Source of the DNA: Alkalispirochaeta sp.
Lineage (GTDB): Bacteria > Spirochaetota > Spirochaetia > DSM-27196 > Alkalispirochaetaceae
Reading direction: 5' to 3'
Assembly: GCA_965601925.1 (NCBI GenBank)
Contig: OZ271854.1
Location: forward strand, 2,080,001 to 2,144,000
DNA length: 64,000 nucleotides
Positions within the stretch are counted from its first letter, which is position 1. Each line of letters opens with the position of its first letter. Positions 62,753 to 64,000 of the stretch are shown here, piece after piece. A program made the position numbers and the translations under genes. Under the pieces are notes generated by a model, which had not been told where the DNA came from, did no database searches, and was given only the letters and a program-made list of their open reading frames with translations.

Positions 62753-64000
62753 ATGCGTCTGTACACTTTAGTGATCGTCGACGATGAAGAACTCTCTCGT
62801 ACGGGACTTGCTACTCTCATTGACTGGGAGGCGCTCGGTTTTCGTGTCGAGGCGACGTTCGAGGACGGCGAGGACGCACTGGCTTTTTTGGAGCATCGGC
62901 ACGTCGATGTCGTACTCACCGACATTCGTATGGCGGTCGCCGGCGGCATAGAAATCGCCAAAACGCTGAACGCCCAAGCGCCGGATACCTTCGTTATCTT
63001 CATCTCCGGCTACAAAGAGTTCGAGTATGCGAAAGCCGCGATCCGCTACGGTGTACGTCACTACTTGGTAAAGCCGTTTCCCTTGGACGAGTTGAACCAG
63101 GTCTTTGATCGTGTCCGCGAGGAGCTGGAAGCGAGGGAGCTCGATACCGGCACGCAGTTGAGAGAACACGAGAACGTCTTCCGATGGTCCGCGATCGATC
63201 GCTGGCTTCTCGACGCCGTTCTGGGCGGTGTTTTTCGCGACGACGATATCGGCCTGGGGTTGGGTAACTTGTCGTGTGCTCTCGTGAGTTTCACGCTGCG
63301 GGAGGGTGACGGCGCGCCGATCGGGTCGACTCTGCGCGAGTCGCTCCTGCCTTTTCTCCGCAACGGTCACGACCGGTTGTTCTCTACGCTGTTAGACTCC
63401 TCCGACGTGACGTTGGAGCTCATCGCCTTAAACGTGGACAATCTACCGGCCACCCGGTTTGCGACGGAGTTGGCGACCCATCGACAAAACGTGCGACGCC
63501 ATTTGGTCTCTCTCGGCATCCGTTGTGACGACCCGGAGGCGGTCGATCACTACTCCTCCCCTCAGGCGCTCCACGATTTCTACTACAAACGGATGAGAGC
63601 GCGCGTCGGCGCCAAGGAAGGTACGTTTGCACTCATAACCGAAGTTGAGCACTCCCTCACCGACGCCCTCCGACATGGTCGGATCGAGGACGTTCGTCAA
63701 ACTCTCGAACGGTTGATTGCCGAGCTGTCGGCTGAGACTGAGGGTCTCTTTCGCAACGGTGTCGTTCAAGCCTTCGCATTTGTTCACGCGTGGATTCAAC
63801 GCCACTCGCGATCGGCATCCGCGACCGCCGGCCGCTTCGTCTTCTACGAGCGGCTCTATCACGCGACCTCTCATCGCGAGCTGGAGGTACAGGCGAGGAA
63901 AATGCTCGAAACGCTCCTCGACATGCTCCAGGCGGTCGTAGCCGGGGAGTCCGACGGAGTAATTGAACGGGCCAAACGTTACATTGAGAAGATGGACGGC
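62753..64000 (+). CDS. YesN-like two-component response regulator (partial, runs off window; not in ORF track)
   Basis: MRLYTLVIVDDEE...IDWEALGF...VVLTDIRM...ISGYKEFEYAK.AIRYGV..YLVKP; ends IERAKRYIE, typical of the start of an AraC-type output domain. Confidence 0.88.
   Translation, partial: MRLYTLVIVDDEELSRTGLATLIDWEALGFRVEATFEDGEDALAFLEHRHVDVVLTDIRMAVAGGIEIAKTLNAQAPDTFVIFISGYKEFEYAKAAIRYGVRHYLVKPFPLDELNQVFDRVREELEARELDTGTQLREHENVFRWSAIDRWLLDAVLGGVFRDDDIGLGLGNLSCALVSFTLREGDGAPIGSTLRESLLPFLRNGHDRLFSTLLDSSDVTLELIALNVDNLPATRFATELATHRQNVRRHLVSLGIRCDDPEAVDHYSSPQALHDFYYKRMRARVGAKEGTFALITEVEHSLTDALRHGRIEDVRQTLERLIAELSAETEGLFRNGVVQAFAFVHAWIQRHSRSASATAGRFVFYERLYHATSHRELEVQARKMLETLLDMLQAVVAGESDGVIERAKRYIEKMDG

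Noticed and set aside
62768..63370. Minus-strand ORFs at the window end
   Set aside because: Antisense to the clear plus-strand response regulator starting at 62753.
1..64000. CRISPR arrays, tRNA/rRNA, transposases, integrases, phage genes
   Set aside because: No spaced direct-repeat arrays, cloverleaf/rRNA signatures or DDE/tyrosine-recombinase motifs seen by eye.

Overview
High-GC (roughly 60-65% by eye) bacterial chromosomal DNA, most likely from a free-living spirochaete. This is inferred from polA-coaE-SPOR synteny, fliS/flgN, spirochaete-style lipoprotein and 'AGGxxE' signal peptides, and a hyicolysin-type M30 peptidase. In order, the window holds: (1) the end of a sugar ABC + PIG-L deacetylase + DegT aminotransferase + Gfo/Idh/MocA operon; (2) LuxR and TetR regulators; (3) a complete TonB system (receptor, lipoprotein, exbB, exbD x2, tonB); (4) a pseudo-deacetylase-fliS-flgN unit; (5) core genes polA, coaE and SPOR; (6) peptidase, CoA-transferase, LCP protein, a divergent MCP and an ABC exporter; (7) an [FeFe]-hydrogenase maturation operon hydG-hydE-orf-TM1266-aspA-hydF; (8) a D-apiose/apionate catabolic locus (apnL, internally deleted dehydrogenase, apnO, oiaC-like, FadR, lower-GC ABC importer); (9) a small-peptide + acyltransferase + two-component + LuxR + MipA + CPBP block; (10) a second DegT/amidase/Gfo-Idh-MocA module with AraC; and (11) a truncated YesN-like response regulator. 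The most unusual signals are a structured TPP-riboswitch-like leader (or leaderless uORF) ahead of hydG, a HydG with a re-spaced auxiliary-cluster Cys motif (Cx19Cx5C), an unknown gene embedded in the hyd operon, and an uncalled 51-aa acidic peptide gene ending in DWTW. No rRNA, tRNA, CRISPR array or transposase was seen. All calls come from motif reading by eye, with no database searches.
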